Source: a virus
Length of the DNA stretch: 64,000 nucleotides
Reading direction: 5' to 3' (one strand)
Virus record (IMG/VR): IMGVR_UViG_3300042337_000070
Location: 32,001-96,000 of that record
The first letter of the stretch is position 1. Every line of letters starts with the position of its first letter. The position numbers were made by a program, and so were the translations under genes. Shown here piece by piece: positions 36,157 through 45,359 of this stretch. A model generated the notes under the pieces. That model did not search any database. It was not told where the DNA came from and worked only from the letters and a program-made list of their open reading frames with translations.

Positions 36157-37542
36157 TCAGGTCAAATTTCTGACACGGAAAATGCGGTAGTAGATGTTGG
36201 CCTTACCAGCAACTTCTCTACCAGCAACCATGCCGTCACCGTCAGCGGTAGCAAATGGGTTTGCAACCATGCCGTAACGTGTCTTGAATCCAATCTTTGG
36301 CTGGAAGGTATCCTGACCGATTGCACGAACCATCTGTAGTGGAACGTATGGGCAGTAGAATAGACCAGCATCGAATGGGGATGTTCCCTTATAACCAACG
36401 GTTACAAGTTCGTCACCATTTGCTGAACCACCGAAGTAAGGATCGATGTAAACCTTGATACGACCATGTAGCATACCAACGAAGGTGTTGCCAGTGTCGT
36501 CAACGGTTAGATCAGCGGATAGCTGTGGGGTGTAAGATAGAACACCAGCCATGGCCATAGCGGAAGCAACGTCAGAAGAAACGATTAGGACGTTACCCTT
36601 ACCACGACGGGTTGCCTTGGAGATAGCATTACATTCACGCTCAATGTGGAAGATTAGACCCTTGAACTTTTCAACTGACCAACGACCGTTTGAGTCGGTG
36701 TCAAGATCGAATGTACCAGCGGTTGTAACACCATACTGAGCACCGATTGTAGCAGAACGATAGATTGTTCTGATAACTTCACGGTTGATTTCTGCTAGAA
36801 TCTCTGTTGAGAGAATGTTAGCAAGTTCTGTCTCTGCGTCAAGACCGTGGATTGCCTTTAGGTCCTGTGCAAGTTCAGTGGTGTATTCTGCCTTTAGCGC
36901 ACGGCTACGAGCAGTAACAGTAACCTTGTCGATGTTGAATGCCATTTCAGCGAAAGCATTAGCAGCACTGTCACCAAGTGCTTCTGCCTGTGATGTAGTC
37001 ATACCACGACCAACACCAAATGCAGTACCGTCACCTGAAAGGTCAGCAACTGGATTTGTGTTAGCAGCGTCACCGAATGAGGTGTTTGCCCATGAAGTGC
37101 CTGCTGCACCACCGGTGTTACCAGCAGCGTTCTTAGCAGAGAATGAAGTATTGGCTTCGAAGAATAGTGCTTCGTCGGTTGAACCTGCACCCTGTGCCTG
37201 CTGTGCCTTATAACGTGAACGCATTGCGAAGATTAGGCCGGTTGGACCGGTCATTGGCTGAACGCCGCAAACGTCATAAGCGATTAGATTTGGAAGGGCA
37301 CGACGAACTAGGGAGATAAGAATTGGGTCGTATGAACCAATTGCTGTACCGGTACCTAGACCACCACCAGCGTTAGTTGGGGCAGCTTCGTTTAGAGTGC
37401 GGGACTCTTCGGCCATTGCCTTTTCCTGGTTCTCTAGAACGACGGCTGTAACAGCACGACGATATGAGTCCTTGATTTGATTGAGACCACCGTGGTCCAG
37501 AACAGGAGCCCACTTCTTCTCAAGATTTTCTGTAAGATACAT
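36157..37542 (-). CDS. gp23: Major capsid protein gp23
   Basis: DPILISLVRRALPNLIAYDVCGVQPMTGPTGLIFAMR; YCPYVPLQMVRA. Confidence 0.99.
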   Translation of the reverse strand: MYLTENLEKKWAPVLDHGGLNQIKDSYRRAVTAVVLENQEKAMAEESRTLNEAAPTNAGGGLGTGTAIGSYDPILISLVRRALPNLIAYDVCGVQPMTGPTGLIFAMRSRYKAQQAQGAGSTDEALFFEANTSFSAKNAAGNTGGAAGTSWANTSFGDAANTNPVADLSGDGTAFGVGRGMTTSQAEALGDSAANAFAEMAFNIDKVTVTARSRALKAEYTTELAQDLKAIHGLDAETELANILSTEILAEINREVIRTIYRSATIGAQYGVTTAGTFDLDTDSNGRWSVEKFKGLIFHIERECNAISKATRRGKGNVLIVSSDVASAMAMAGVLSYTPQLSADLTVDDTGNTFVGMLHGRIKVYIDPYFGGSANGDELVTVGYKGTSPFDAGLFYCPYVPLQMVRAIGQDTFQPKIGFKTRYGMVANPFATADGDGMVAGREVAGKANIYYRIFRVRNLT

Positions 37543-37576
37543 TTTAGTTTCCTTCTTTCTTTTTAACTAAAGTTAA

Positions 37577-38986
37577 TTAACGTGGAAGAGTTCTTCCAAG
37601 AGCTTGAACGTAGCGGCCCATTGGTCCTTCGATGCTCTCTGTTAGAGACTGTGGATCATTGGTTTCTACGCTGTCTAGAACTGAATCATTCTTGACGGCT
37701 GTTGGAAAATAGTTCTCTTTCAATGTCTCGATTTTCTCGACAAATTCTTCATCACTTGTATAAGCGACGTTTTCTAGTAGACCAGCAAGCTTGTCTGCCT
37801 GAACGTCTGTTAGACCCTCACAAACAGAATAAATAAGTTCTGTCTTGCGAGCCTCAGCAATAATGCCGGATAGTTCGACACTGCGCTGAATTTCTTCATT
37901 AAGTTTTGCCTCTAGTTCCTCAACTGTTGCTGATAGTTCTTCAACTACGTCAACTGAGTCTTCTGGAACGTCAATGTAATGTTCTGCGAATAGGGCACGA
38001 AGACCTGAAATGAAGTCTTCTGTTAGTTCAGAGCGAAGTGCAGATTCAACGGCAACCTCATTCTCCTCGATCCACTGTTCGACAACGTAGTTTAGATAAT
38101 CGTCAACGTTGGAAGCAAGTTCTTCCATGATTTCGTTGACTCTTTCTTCTAGTGTCTCAGCATATGCTTGTTCTAGGAGAGCAACTTCTTCTTCTAGCTT
38201 TGCCTTTACAGCAGCTTCGAAAATTGTTGTAGCCTTAGCATGGAACTCTTCTGAAAGGTTCTCACCTTCTAGTAGAGCGTTGACATGCTCAGTCATGTCT
38301 ACTTCGTAATTCTCTAGTTCCTCAGCAATCTCTTCTGATTCTGTTTCTTCTGAAACAAATTCGAAGTTTTCATCAATAGCAGCTAGAATTTCTTCTTCGT
38401 TTAGACCAGCTTCAATGGCTTCTGCAATGAAGTCTTCTAGTTCTTCTGAAAGTTCTAGTTCTTCGTCGCACTTTTCCATCTTACCTTCGTGCTTGTCTTC
38501 CTTCTTGTCTTCTTTCTCATTTTCGTCCTCGTCATCCTTCTTGGACTTACGGGCTTCCTTGAGTGCTTTTAGACGTTCTGCAAGTGACATTGTGGTTGTT
38601 TCTTCAACTACTTCACCATCTTGCTCCATCTCTTCGGCTGCAAGCTTCTTTGTTGGTTCTGTGTTTGAACCAGAACCCTTTACTGATGTGTCTCTCTTCT
38701 TACCACCAGATGCCTTAGCACCTAGATTTTCTTTTGCTGTAGAAGTTGGTGTTGCTCCTCCAAGATCCTCTGCATGACCTGTTGGGTCTGGTGCACCTGG
38801 ATTTGGATGACGACCTTCAACTGCCTTAGAGCTAGGACGTAGTGTCTTAGCATTTGCTGTGGATGCTGTAGAAGGATCGACAGGATTTGGGTTAGAAATC
38901 TTACCTGGGGAAACCTCAGGATAAGCACCCTCCTGTAGAGTCTTACCTTCTAGAACAGCCTTAGCTGCTTCTGTTAGTGATGCCAT
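37577..38986 (-). CDS. gp22: Prohead core scaffold gp22
   Basis: LSEEFHAKATTIFEAAV, YLNYVVEQW, F..K.ETLKENYF; highly acidic. Confidence 0.93.
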   Translation of the reverse strand: MASLTEAAKAVLEGKTLQEGAYPEVSPGKISNPNPVDPSTASTANAKTLRPSSKAVEGRHPNPGAPDPTGHAEDLGGATPTSTAKENLGAKASGGKKRDTSVKGSGSNTEPTKKLAAEEMEQDGEVVEETTTMSLAERLKALKEARKSKKDDEDENEKEDKKEDKHEGKMEKCDEELELSEELEDFIAEAIEAGLNEEEILAAIDENFEFVSEETESEEIAEELENYEVDMTEHVNALLEGENLSEEFHAKATTIFEAAVKAKLEEEVALLEQAYAETLEERVNEIMEELASNVDDYLNYVVEQWIEENEVAVESALRSELTEDFISGLRALFAEHYIDVPEDSVDVVEELSATVEELEAKLNEEIQRSVELSGIIAEARKTELIYSVCEGLTDVQADKLAGLLENVAYTSDEEFVEKIETLKENYFPTAVKNDSVLDSVETNDPQSLTESIEGPMGRYVQALGRTLPR

Positions 38987-39007
38987 GTTTTAGATACTCC
39001 TTTTCCT

Positions 39008-39014
39008 TATTTAG
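39008..39014 (-). promoter_or_regulatory. Late promoter (gp55-type) upstream of gp22
   Basis: CTAAATA; the same (C/A)TAAATA motif precedes many late genes (35485, 39673, 42808, 44740, 45354, 51943, 54628, 57485). Confidence 0.7.
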
Positions 39015-39019
39015 TATTT

Positions 39020-39667
39020 TCAAAGTTTTGAAATATAGTTTTCAAAAATCTTCAAGGCAACTTTTTCAATGTCATGTTTAGAAGATTCACTGATAAGTTT
39101 TTTAGCATGATAATACTCTTGCTCTTTCCACTTACCGTTTTCAAATATCCATTCTTTACCTTCCATGATGCCTTGCACGAATGCGTCAGGTGCGCTAGGG
39201 TCTGCAACAATGTCTGCCGCTGTTGCTAACTTATAGTCGTCTTGGACTTGCTGATAACCATTGTGTGGACGAAGAGACCCTACGCCTCTTGTTGACACAC
39301 CAAGACTTGCACCACCATCTAGTAGACTCTTAACTATCTTTCCGTTAGGAGTATCTAAAATCTTTGCTTTACCAATAAAGTTTGTTCCATCTGCCTTTAA
39401 TGAAGTAATCATATGAGACACACGGTCTAGGTTGATTTGAGGATTCTCAGGATGACCTAGCTCACCAAAGGCTCTGTTCTTTTGAACGTATTCGTTATTG
39501 TATCTTGCTGCTTCTTTTGATAGAACAGACATAGGATATACACGACCGTTTCTATTCTGCTTTTCTGCTTGCATGAAGATGCCGGTGATAAAGTGATTCT
39601 TACCACCCTTACCATCGGATTCAACAAGGTACTTAACGTTTTGAATTTCTTCTCTAATAAGTTTCAT
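39020..39667 (-). CDS. gp21: Prohead protease gp21
   Basis: NRNGRVYP, GELGHP, RVSH, GVSTRGVGS, DIVADPSAPDA. Confidence 0.97.
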   Translation of the reverse strand: MKLIREEIQNVKYLVESDGKGGKNHFITGIFMQAEKQNRNGRVYPMSVLSKEAARYNNEYVQKNRAFGELGHPENPQINLDRVSHMITSLKADGTNFIGKAKILDTPNGKIVKSLLDGGASLGVSTRGVGSLRPHNGYQQVQDDYKLATAADIVADPSAPDAFVQGIMEGKEWIFENGKWKEQEYYHAKKLISESSKHDIEKVALKIFENYISKL

Positions 39668-39683
39668 AGACTTATTTATCCTT

Positions 39684-40223
39684 TTATTCTTCTAAACTAT
39701 TTAAACCGGATTCAAGACCTTTTAGTCCGCCTCTGATTGCTTTACCGGCAAGTCCTGCCAAACCTGGTCTCTTATTTCTTCTTTGTGTATCAGACATCTT
39801 AGGTTCTTTATGATCAATATCACGACCCATTAAAGCGTTACGAAACTTTTGTGCTGGTGTTACCACTCTTCGATTAACAACTCTCTTTTTTGGTTGCTCA
39901 GAACCTTCTGGATATTTTACAGATGCTCTTACTGCACCAAGCTTTGGTTCTTTCTCGGCAGTTCTAGTAGCAGCATATGCTCTTTCTGCTTTTCTTTGAT
40001 CAATCTTTGTTTTCCAAAACTCTCTTTTTTCAGCATCAGTCTTGCCAACTAGCGGACCAGACTTAGCACCAGTAGCACGATAACCTTGTAGTTCGTCCAG
40101 CTGCATGGAACGCTTTACTTCATAAAGTTTTTGTTCCATGATAGAATTTAGTCTATCATTAAAGTGTTCTTCCGCACGAACAAAATTTTTATCAATAATG
40201 TTTTCGATGAGTTCTTTAGACAT
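39684..40223 (-). CDS. Basic hypothetical protein, probable head internal protein
   Basis: Lys/Arg-rich body after an LDE motif; located in the head cluster. Confidence 0.65.
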   Translation of the reverse strand: MSKELIENIIDKNFVRAEEHFNDRLNSIMEQKLYEVKRSMQLDELQGYRATGAKSGPLVGKTDAEKREFWKTKIDQRKAERAYAATRTAEKEPKLGAVRASVKYPEGSEQPKKRVVNRRVVTPAQKFRNALMGRDIDHKEPKMSDTQRRNKRPGLAGLAGKAIRGGLKGLESGLNSLEE

Positions 40224-40729
40224 TATGGAATTCTCGCTGGGTTGAATGCGTTAGGATCTCTTGTCTGTCCCTGATCATAATCTGTACCATCTTTCTTTAG
40301 ATCGATGAATAGAGTGAAACCGTCACCAGATGCAACACCTGCGGCAGTATAAAGAATGTCACCTGTGCTGTTAGCAACATCTTTGATACCAATAGAGGCA
40401 GACAATCCTTCTGCATCAAAGTTATAATCAAACTGTCCATCGCCGATGCTAACGATACTATCAGTATTTGCACCAGCCCAAACTAGTGTGACGAAACCTT
40501 TAGACTTGAAATGTCCTTGTCCCCAAACACGCTTGATGGTTGTCTTATATACAGACTTTGGATGAGTATTGCTAGACATGATCTTACCATTAGCATTTAA
40601 TGAATATGCTAGGTTAGAAACGTCTAAAAGAAGATTGTTGGCAGATGCAGTATCAACGGTTGCCACATACTTGACAACTGATCTTCTATTTGAGTCTACC
40701 AACTTTTGCTCTTGTATTACGTTTGCCAT
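40223..40729 (-). CDS. Conserved hypothetical virion protein
   Basis: Beta-rich; TGDIL...FTLFIDLKKD...YDQGQTRDP.AFN. Confidence 0.7.
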   Translation of the reverse strand: MANVIQEQKLVDSNRRSVVKYVATVDTASANNLLLDVSNLAYSLNANGKIMSSNTHPKSVYKTTIKRVWGQGHFKSKGFVTLVWAGANTDSIVSIGDGQFDYNFDAEGLSASIGIKDVANSTGDILYTAAGVASGDGFTLFIDLKKDGTDYDQGQTRDPNAFNPARIP

Positions 40730-40731
40730 TG

Positions 40732-42072
40732 TTATTTCCTAATAGAGAAGTTTAACAGTTTCTTGAAGGACTCAAGGTCTTCGTTTAGCATACTTTCAAC
40801 AATCTTTTTGTTTTTAGTATTAACCGAGTCATATACTTCAAGTATTCTTTTAGCCATACTTGTATTTAGGGTTACCGATCTTCCATTGATATTCATTTCA
40901 TGTAATGTTTCACCGGAGTTAATCATGGAACGAATGTCAGAAATTTTGTTTTCGGCAATAGATGCTATTTCTTTTTTTCTAGCAGCATCATATTCTTTAC
41001 GCATAACGGTATTATGTCTAGACTTATCAATAGGAGAATCTCCACGGTTCATACCTGGTGTAGTTACTTTTGTCTTACTCTTTTTAATATCAGTGCTTAA
41101 CATCTTTTCAGGTTGTTGATTAGATGCACTATTATCATTGCTTTTTTTCTGTTGCTTTGTCTGGTCTTGATCTTCATCAGATCCACCGCTTGTAAAGTTT
41201 TTTGTAAAGTTTTTGAAAGTTTTATAAGCACCATAAGCCTTGATTGCTAAGTTAATCAAGTTCTCATTTTGTATTGTGCGCTTTTCTTCAAGTTTTGACT
41301 TAAACGATTCTTCGCAGTTCCAACGACGAAGCGCCTTGTTAATGCGTGAATCAGGATCTCTTGCTGTCTTAGCAGAGGTAAGTCTCTTCTTCATTCCACC
41401 CATGCGAGAACAGAATGACTTACGGCGGGAGGCTCTCTTACCTGTAGGATTCTTCTCTGTAACTGCGGTCTTTAGTTTAGAACCCGGATTCTCACGACGA
41501 TAAGCATTGACTGCCTTCTGTGACAAACCGTCTGTCTTATCTTTACGATTGACAGACTGCCAGTCTTCATGCATTTCATCTTTTGATTTATCATATGCTT
41601 TCTTAGCACCTTTATAGGCACCGTGAACCGCACCTACAACACCACCAATTGCTGCACCAGGTTCGGCTGCAACGGCAGCGCCTCTATAGAATCCTTTAGC
41701 AGCACCATGAGCTGCGCCCTTAACGCCTCCCTTAACTGCTTCCCACTTAGCCCCTTCACACAAATCTAACTCTTCTATTGTGTCATAGATAGTTGCTTCA
41801 TTGATGTTTAGATTGCCTGTAGGACCAAAAGGAATCGACAAATACTTATCAACTGCCTTAGAGTAATATAGTGCTACCGTCTGATGATCAGGATACTTTC
41901 TATACGTTACACGCCTAAACATAAGCAACGTTGGCATGACTTGTGGAGAAGGTACATCAAATGATCTTGACTTTTGTTTAGAATCGCCTGTCGCTTCAAG
42001 CATAATCTCATCGGTACTAACCGATAAAAAGTTACTATTATATTCTTCACGAATTTGCTTGAGCGTTTTCAT
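40732..42072 (-). CDS. Modular prohead core/internal protein
   Basis: MKTLKQIRE start; Gly/Ala segment; YRRENPGSKLKTAVT...SFCSRM...DPDSRINKALRRWNC module; gp68-like C-terminus. Confidence 0.7.
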   Translation of the reverse strand: MKTLKQIREEYNSNFLSVSTDEIMLEATGDSKQKSRSFDVPSPQVMPTLLMFRRVTYRKYPDHQTVALYYSKAVDKYLSIPFGPTGNLNINEATIYDTIEELDLCEGAKWEAVKGGVKGAAHGAAKGFYRGAAVAAEPGAAIGGVVGAVHGAYKGAKKAYDKSKDEMHEDWQSVNRKDKTDGLSQKAVNAYRRENPGSKLKTAVTEKNPTGKRASRRKSFCSRMGGMKKRLTSAKTARDPDSRINKALRRWNCEESFKSKLEEKRTIQNENLINLAIKAYGAYKTFKNFTKNFTSGGSDEDQDQTKQQKKSNDNSASNQQPEKMLSTDIKKSKTKVTTPGMNRGDSPIDKSRHNTVMRKEYDAARKKEIASIAENKISDIRSMINSGETLHEMNINGRSVTLNTSMAKRILEVYDSVNTKNKKIVESMLNEDLESFKKLLNFSIRK

Positions 42073-42081
42073 TTTTGATCC

Positions 42082-42792
42082 TTACTGTGCGAAATAAGAA
42101 GAGGCGATTTCTTTACGCTTTTCTTCAAGTTTTTCCATAGCCTTTTCCTGTAGAGCGGCCATGAAATTTTCTTTCATATCGACAAGGTTATTCTCTAAAA
42201 TATTGTCAAGGGCTTCATTGACAAGTTCTTTAGTATCCATTGTAGTTTCCTCTTTTATGTTTTCTTTAGTAGGTTTCTTTTTACCAGACTCGATAAACTT
42301 CTTTTTGATAGCATTCGATAGAGTCTTAGAGGCAGCTTCGCCTCTTCTCCAACGAGCATTAGAAACCTTGCCGACTAGTTCTGCGGAGATTTCGTCAATC
42401 TGTTCTTCCTTGACAGGAACGCAATTAGGAACCATACGGTTACCCTTTTTCTTTAGTCCTTTTGCTGTATACCCTTTCCAGCAAGTACCTTTAAGATCAT
42501 TTTTTTCTTCCACTTTAGCAACCTTTCTGCTACTGCCTGTAGGATCTCCAATTATATAATCGGACTCAGGACTTGTAGAGATACCTTCTTCAATCTTTTT
42601 TAACTTCTTATAGTAATCTGGTTTTTCGCCTATGTGATCTCTAGCAATCTCACGGGCCTCTTTGTCACTTTTTGTGTGTTCTTTTTCTACTTTAGCACCT
42701 TGATCGATAAGTCTTCTAATCTGATCTAGTGAAAGATTCCACTTCTTTGCCAATTGTGCTGCTGTTAATGTATTAACACTTTTAAGAGACAA
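42082..42792 (-). CDS. Modular internal head protein with gp67-like C-terminus
   Basis: GAKVEKEH...IARDH...PDYY and CWKGY...GNRMVPNCVP modules; ends KLEEKRKEIASSYF. Confidence 0.7.
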   Translation of the reverse strand: MSLKSVNTLTAAQLAKKWNLSLDQIRRLIDQGAKVEKEHTKSDKEAREIARDHIGEKPDYYKKLKKIEEGISTSPESDYIIGDPTGSSRKVAKVEEKNDLKGTCWKGYTAKGLKKKGNRMVPNCVPVKEEQIDEISAELVGKVSNARWRRGEAASKTLSNAIKKKFIESGKKKPTKENIKEETTMDTKELVNEALDNILENNLVDMKENFMAALQEKAMEKLEEKRKEIASSYFAQ

Positions 42793-42806
42793 AATAATTC
42801 CTTTTA

Positions 42807-44687
42807 CTATTTAGTTGGAGTTAGAATACCGTTTTCATTCAAATGAGTAACAACTCCAGAAGGAGATGCATACTTGTTGTTTCCAACATATACTAAACCT
42901 AATTCTTTAGCTTCTTCGGCAACAGTCTTTTTCTTCTTCGCAGGCTCTTTCTTGGCAGGTGCCGCAGACTTTTTAGATTGAATTGTAGCAAGTTTGATTT
43001 TCTTATCCATCATTTTGGATTCATGATCTTGATTGTTCTTTTCACCCTTGCTTGGTCCCTGATCAGGTCCAACTATCTTATCAACCTCTTTTTGTGTCTG
43101 TGCCTGAGCAATTTGAGATTGGGCATTAAACGCAATTTGATTTTGCATATCTTGTTGCTGTTGTGCCGCCTGTGCTTGGGCATCAGCTTGCATCTGTGCT
43201 TGCTGTTGCTGTGCTAGAATAGCATTTTCTTGTTGCATCTGAGCATTGATCTCTTCAATGTCATCATCTGTTTGTTGTAGAATATTCTTTCTAATCCACA
43301 TGATAGAGTAATACTTGCCAACAAATGGATCGACTTTGATTAGTGTATCGAGACGAACGTTTAATAGTTCTGCTTCTTTTAACTCATCAAAATTATTGTC
43401 TTTCTTATAGTCATACCAAATGTCTTCTTTGATTTCTTTCCATTCTTCTTCGGTACAAACTTTCTTAAGAACAAGTTGAACCCTAAGTAAGTCATCAAAT
43501 AGGGTTGAGAACTTGTTACGAAGACGGACAACAAACTTATTAAACTTTAGCTCGTCTCTTGTGATTTCTGTGGTGCGTCCTAGTGTGAATCCGGGACTCT
43601 GTTCCATACGAGAAACAGGAACACCAAGTGCTTTGTATAGTTTTGTTTGAAAATACTTGACATCTTCTAGTTCACCAAGATTTCTTGCACCTTCTAATGT
43701 TTCAATCTTTGTACCTTGTGAACCTTCACGGCGAGGTAGCCAGAAGTCTTCCAACATAGATAGATGCTTACGGTCGTCTTTGATTTCACCAGTATTAGAA
43801 TCGTAAACTAACTTGTTACGATACTTGACCATGATATCACGAATATACTGTTCCGCTTTAACTGTTGGCATGTTACCAACGTCAATATAGAATACTCTAC
43901 GCTCAGGAGCACGACTTAGACGATATATAACTGTAGCGTCCTCTACCATGCGTAGGTTATTGAATGGTTTGATGGCCTTGTGTAGATAAGAAAGAACCAT
44001 GGTCTTCTTAGGATCCATGATACCCGAGTTAACGTTTACAACAGAGTCGGTTGCAATCTTTGCACCTAGATTAGTGCCAGAACCAATCATACCTCTTTCG
44101 TTGTAAAGATAATACTCGATTTGTCTCTTGATTAGTTCAACACCTGTAGCAGGATCACGCATCTTTTGAATTTCACGGATCTTACGAATACGACGAGGGT
44201 CGATATACTTTACTTCCTGAATGCCGGCATTAGGCAATCCTTCATCAATAACAATTTGATAAAATAGTCTACCGTCTATATACCAACGACGAAAAACTTC
44301 ATGACCCATGTTACCAAAGTTAAGCAGTTTAAGAATATAATTGAACTCTTCTTCAATACGTTTCTTTAATTGAGGATTAAGTTTAACATCATCAAGATTG
44401 ATTTCTACAGATGTTCCGGAATCTTCGACAACGATGGCTTCATTAACAATTTCATCAATAGCAGATTCCATTTCGGGTTGAATGGATAACTCACGATACT
44501 TTGTGATTAATTGTGTTTCATTACGAAATGTACCATCTAAATCGACATATGTGCCATAGTAACCAGCACCAGAAACAGTTACAGCACCATCGTTATTTTC
44601 TGGTAAAGTAAATGTCTTCTGTCTTTGCTGATCCTCTAATCTTGGATCGATCTTATCAGCACCTATTTGAAATCCAAATAATTTCAC
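42807..44687 (-). CDS. gp20: Portal protein gp20 with C-terminal extension
   Basis: RRWYIDGR, IYRLSRAPERRVFYIDVGNMP, LEDFWLPRREG. Confidence 0.98.
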   Translation of the reverse strand: MKLFGFQIGADKIDPRLEDQQRQKTFTLPENNDGAVTVSGAGYYGTYVDLDGTFRNETQLITKYRELSIQPEMESAIDEIVNEAIVVEDSGTSVEINLDDVKLNPQLKKRIEEEFNYILKLLNFGNMGHEVFRRWYIDGRLFYQIVIDEGLPNAGIQEVKYIDPRRIRKIREIQKMRDPATGVELIKRQIEYYLYNERGMIGSGTNLGAKIATDSVVNVNSGIMDPKKTMVLSYLHKAIKPFNNLRMVEDATVIYRLSRAPERRVFYIDVGNMPTVKAEQYIRDIMVKYRNKLVYDSNTGEIKDDRKHLSMLEDFWLPRREGSQGTKIETLEGARNLGELEDVKYFQTKLYKALGVPVSRMEQSPGFTLGRTTEITRDELKFNKFVVRLRNKFSTLFDDLLRVQLVLKKVCTEEEWKEIKEDIWYDYKKDNNFDELKEAELLNVRLDTLIKVDPFVGKYYSIMWIRKNILQQTDDDIEEINAQMQQENAILAQQQQAQMQADAQAQAAQQQQDMQNQIAFNAQSQIAQAQTQKEVDKIVGPDQGPSKGEKNNQDHESKMMDKKIKLATIQSKKSAAPAKKEPAKKKKTVAEEAKELGLVYVGNNKYASPSGVVTHLNENGILTPTK

Positions 44688-44705
44688 TACATTATCCTTC
44701 TGCTA

Positions 44706-44732
44706 ATCCTACGGGGCAGAACCCCGTAGGAT
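44706..44732 (-). terminator. Hairpin after gp19
   Basis: ATCCTACGGGG-loop-CCCCGTAGGAT. Confidence 0.55.
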
Positions 44733-44753
44733 ATAGTTTTATTTAGTATGTTA

Positions 44754-45332
44754 TTATGGAACGAATCCGCCGCCTTCGCCACCATCAGTAGTTGGGAATG
44801 GGAATAGCGATTCCCACCACTGATAGGCGAATGTAACGCCGTATTCTTCGATCTGATCACCAGAAGCCCAGTCAAGATCAATAGCAGCAACGTCCACAGG
44901 GAACGCACCGTAAATCTTATACTGCTTGATGATTTCACCTGTCTTGGCATACTGGGTTACCATAGCCTGTGACTGGTAATTTACACCAGCACGGGCAGCA
45001 GGATTTCTAAGGTTACCAACGTGTGAGTTGATGTTGCTTAGCCAGATTTCAAGATTGTTACGAATGGTGAAGTTTTCATCATTGATAACAGTGAATGACC
45101 AGTCTGGGAATGTTCTAGTACCGGCTACCTTAATCTCACGACCAAAGTATGGAATGCTGATAGAAGAAATCGAATCGCCAGGTAGAGATGTTGCTCTAGC
45201 CTTAAAGATAATATCAGGGCTTAGAGGTGCTGACCCCAAGATTGGGGGCAGCGTCATCATTACTTCGAAGAGACTGGCACGTGCGCCGTCATCTACTAGT
45301 GATGCTCTGAATGTGTCAACATTAAATGGCAT
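44754..45332 (-). CDS. gp19: Tail tube protein gp19
   Basis: GARASLFEV, GREIKVAGTRTFPDWSFTVINDENF, IEEYGVTFAYQWW. Confidence 0.96.
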   Translation of the reverse strand: MPFNVDTFRASLVDDGARASLFEVMMTLPPILGSAPLSPDIIFKARATSLPGDSISSISIPYFGREIKVAGTRTFPDWSFTVINDENFTIRNNLEIWLSNINSHVGNLRNPAARAGVNYQSQAMVTQYAKTGEIIKQYKIYGAFPVDVAAIDLDWASGDQIEEYGVTFAYQWWESLFPFPTTDGGEGGGFVP

Positions 45333-45359
45333 TTGTTTTAACTCCTTTTCCTTTATTTA

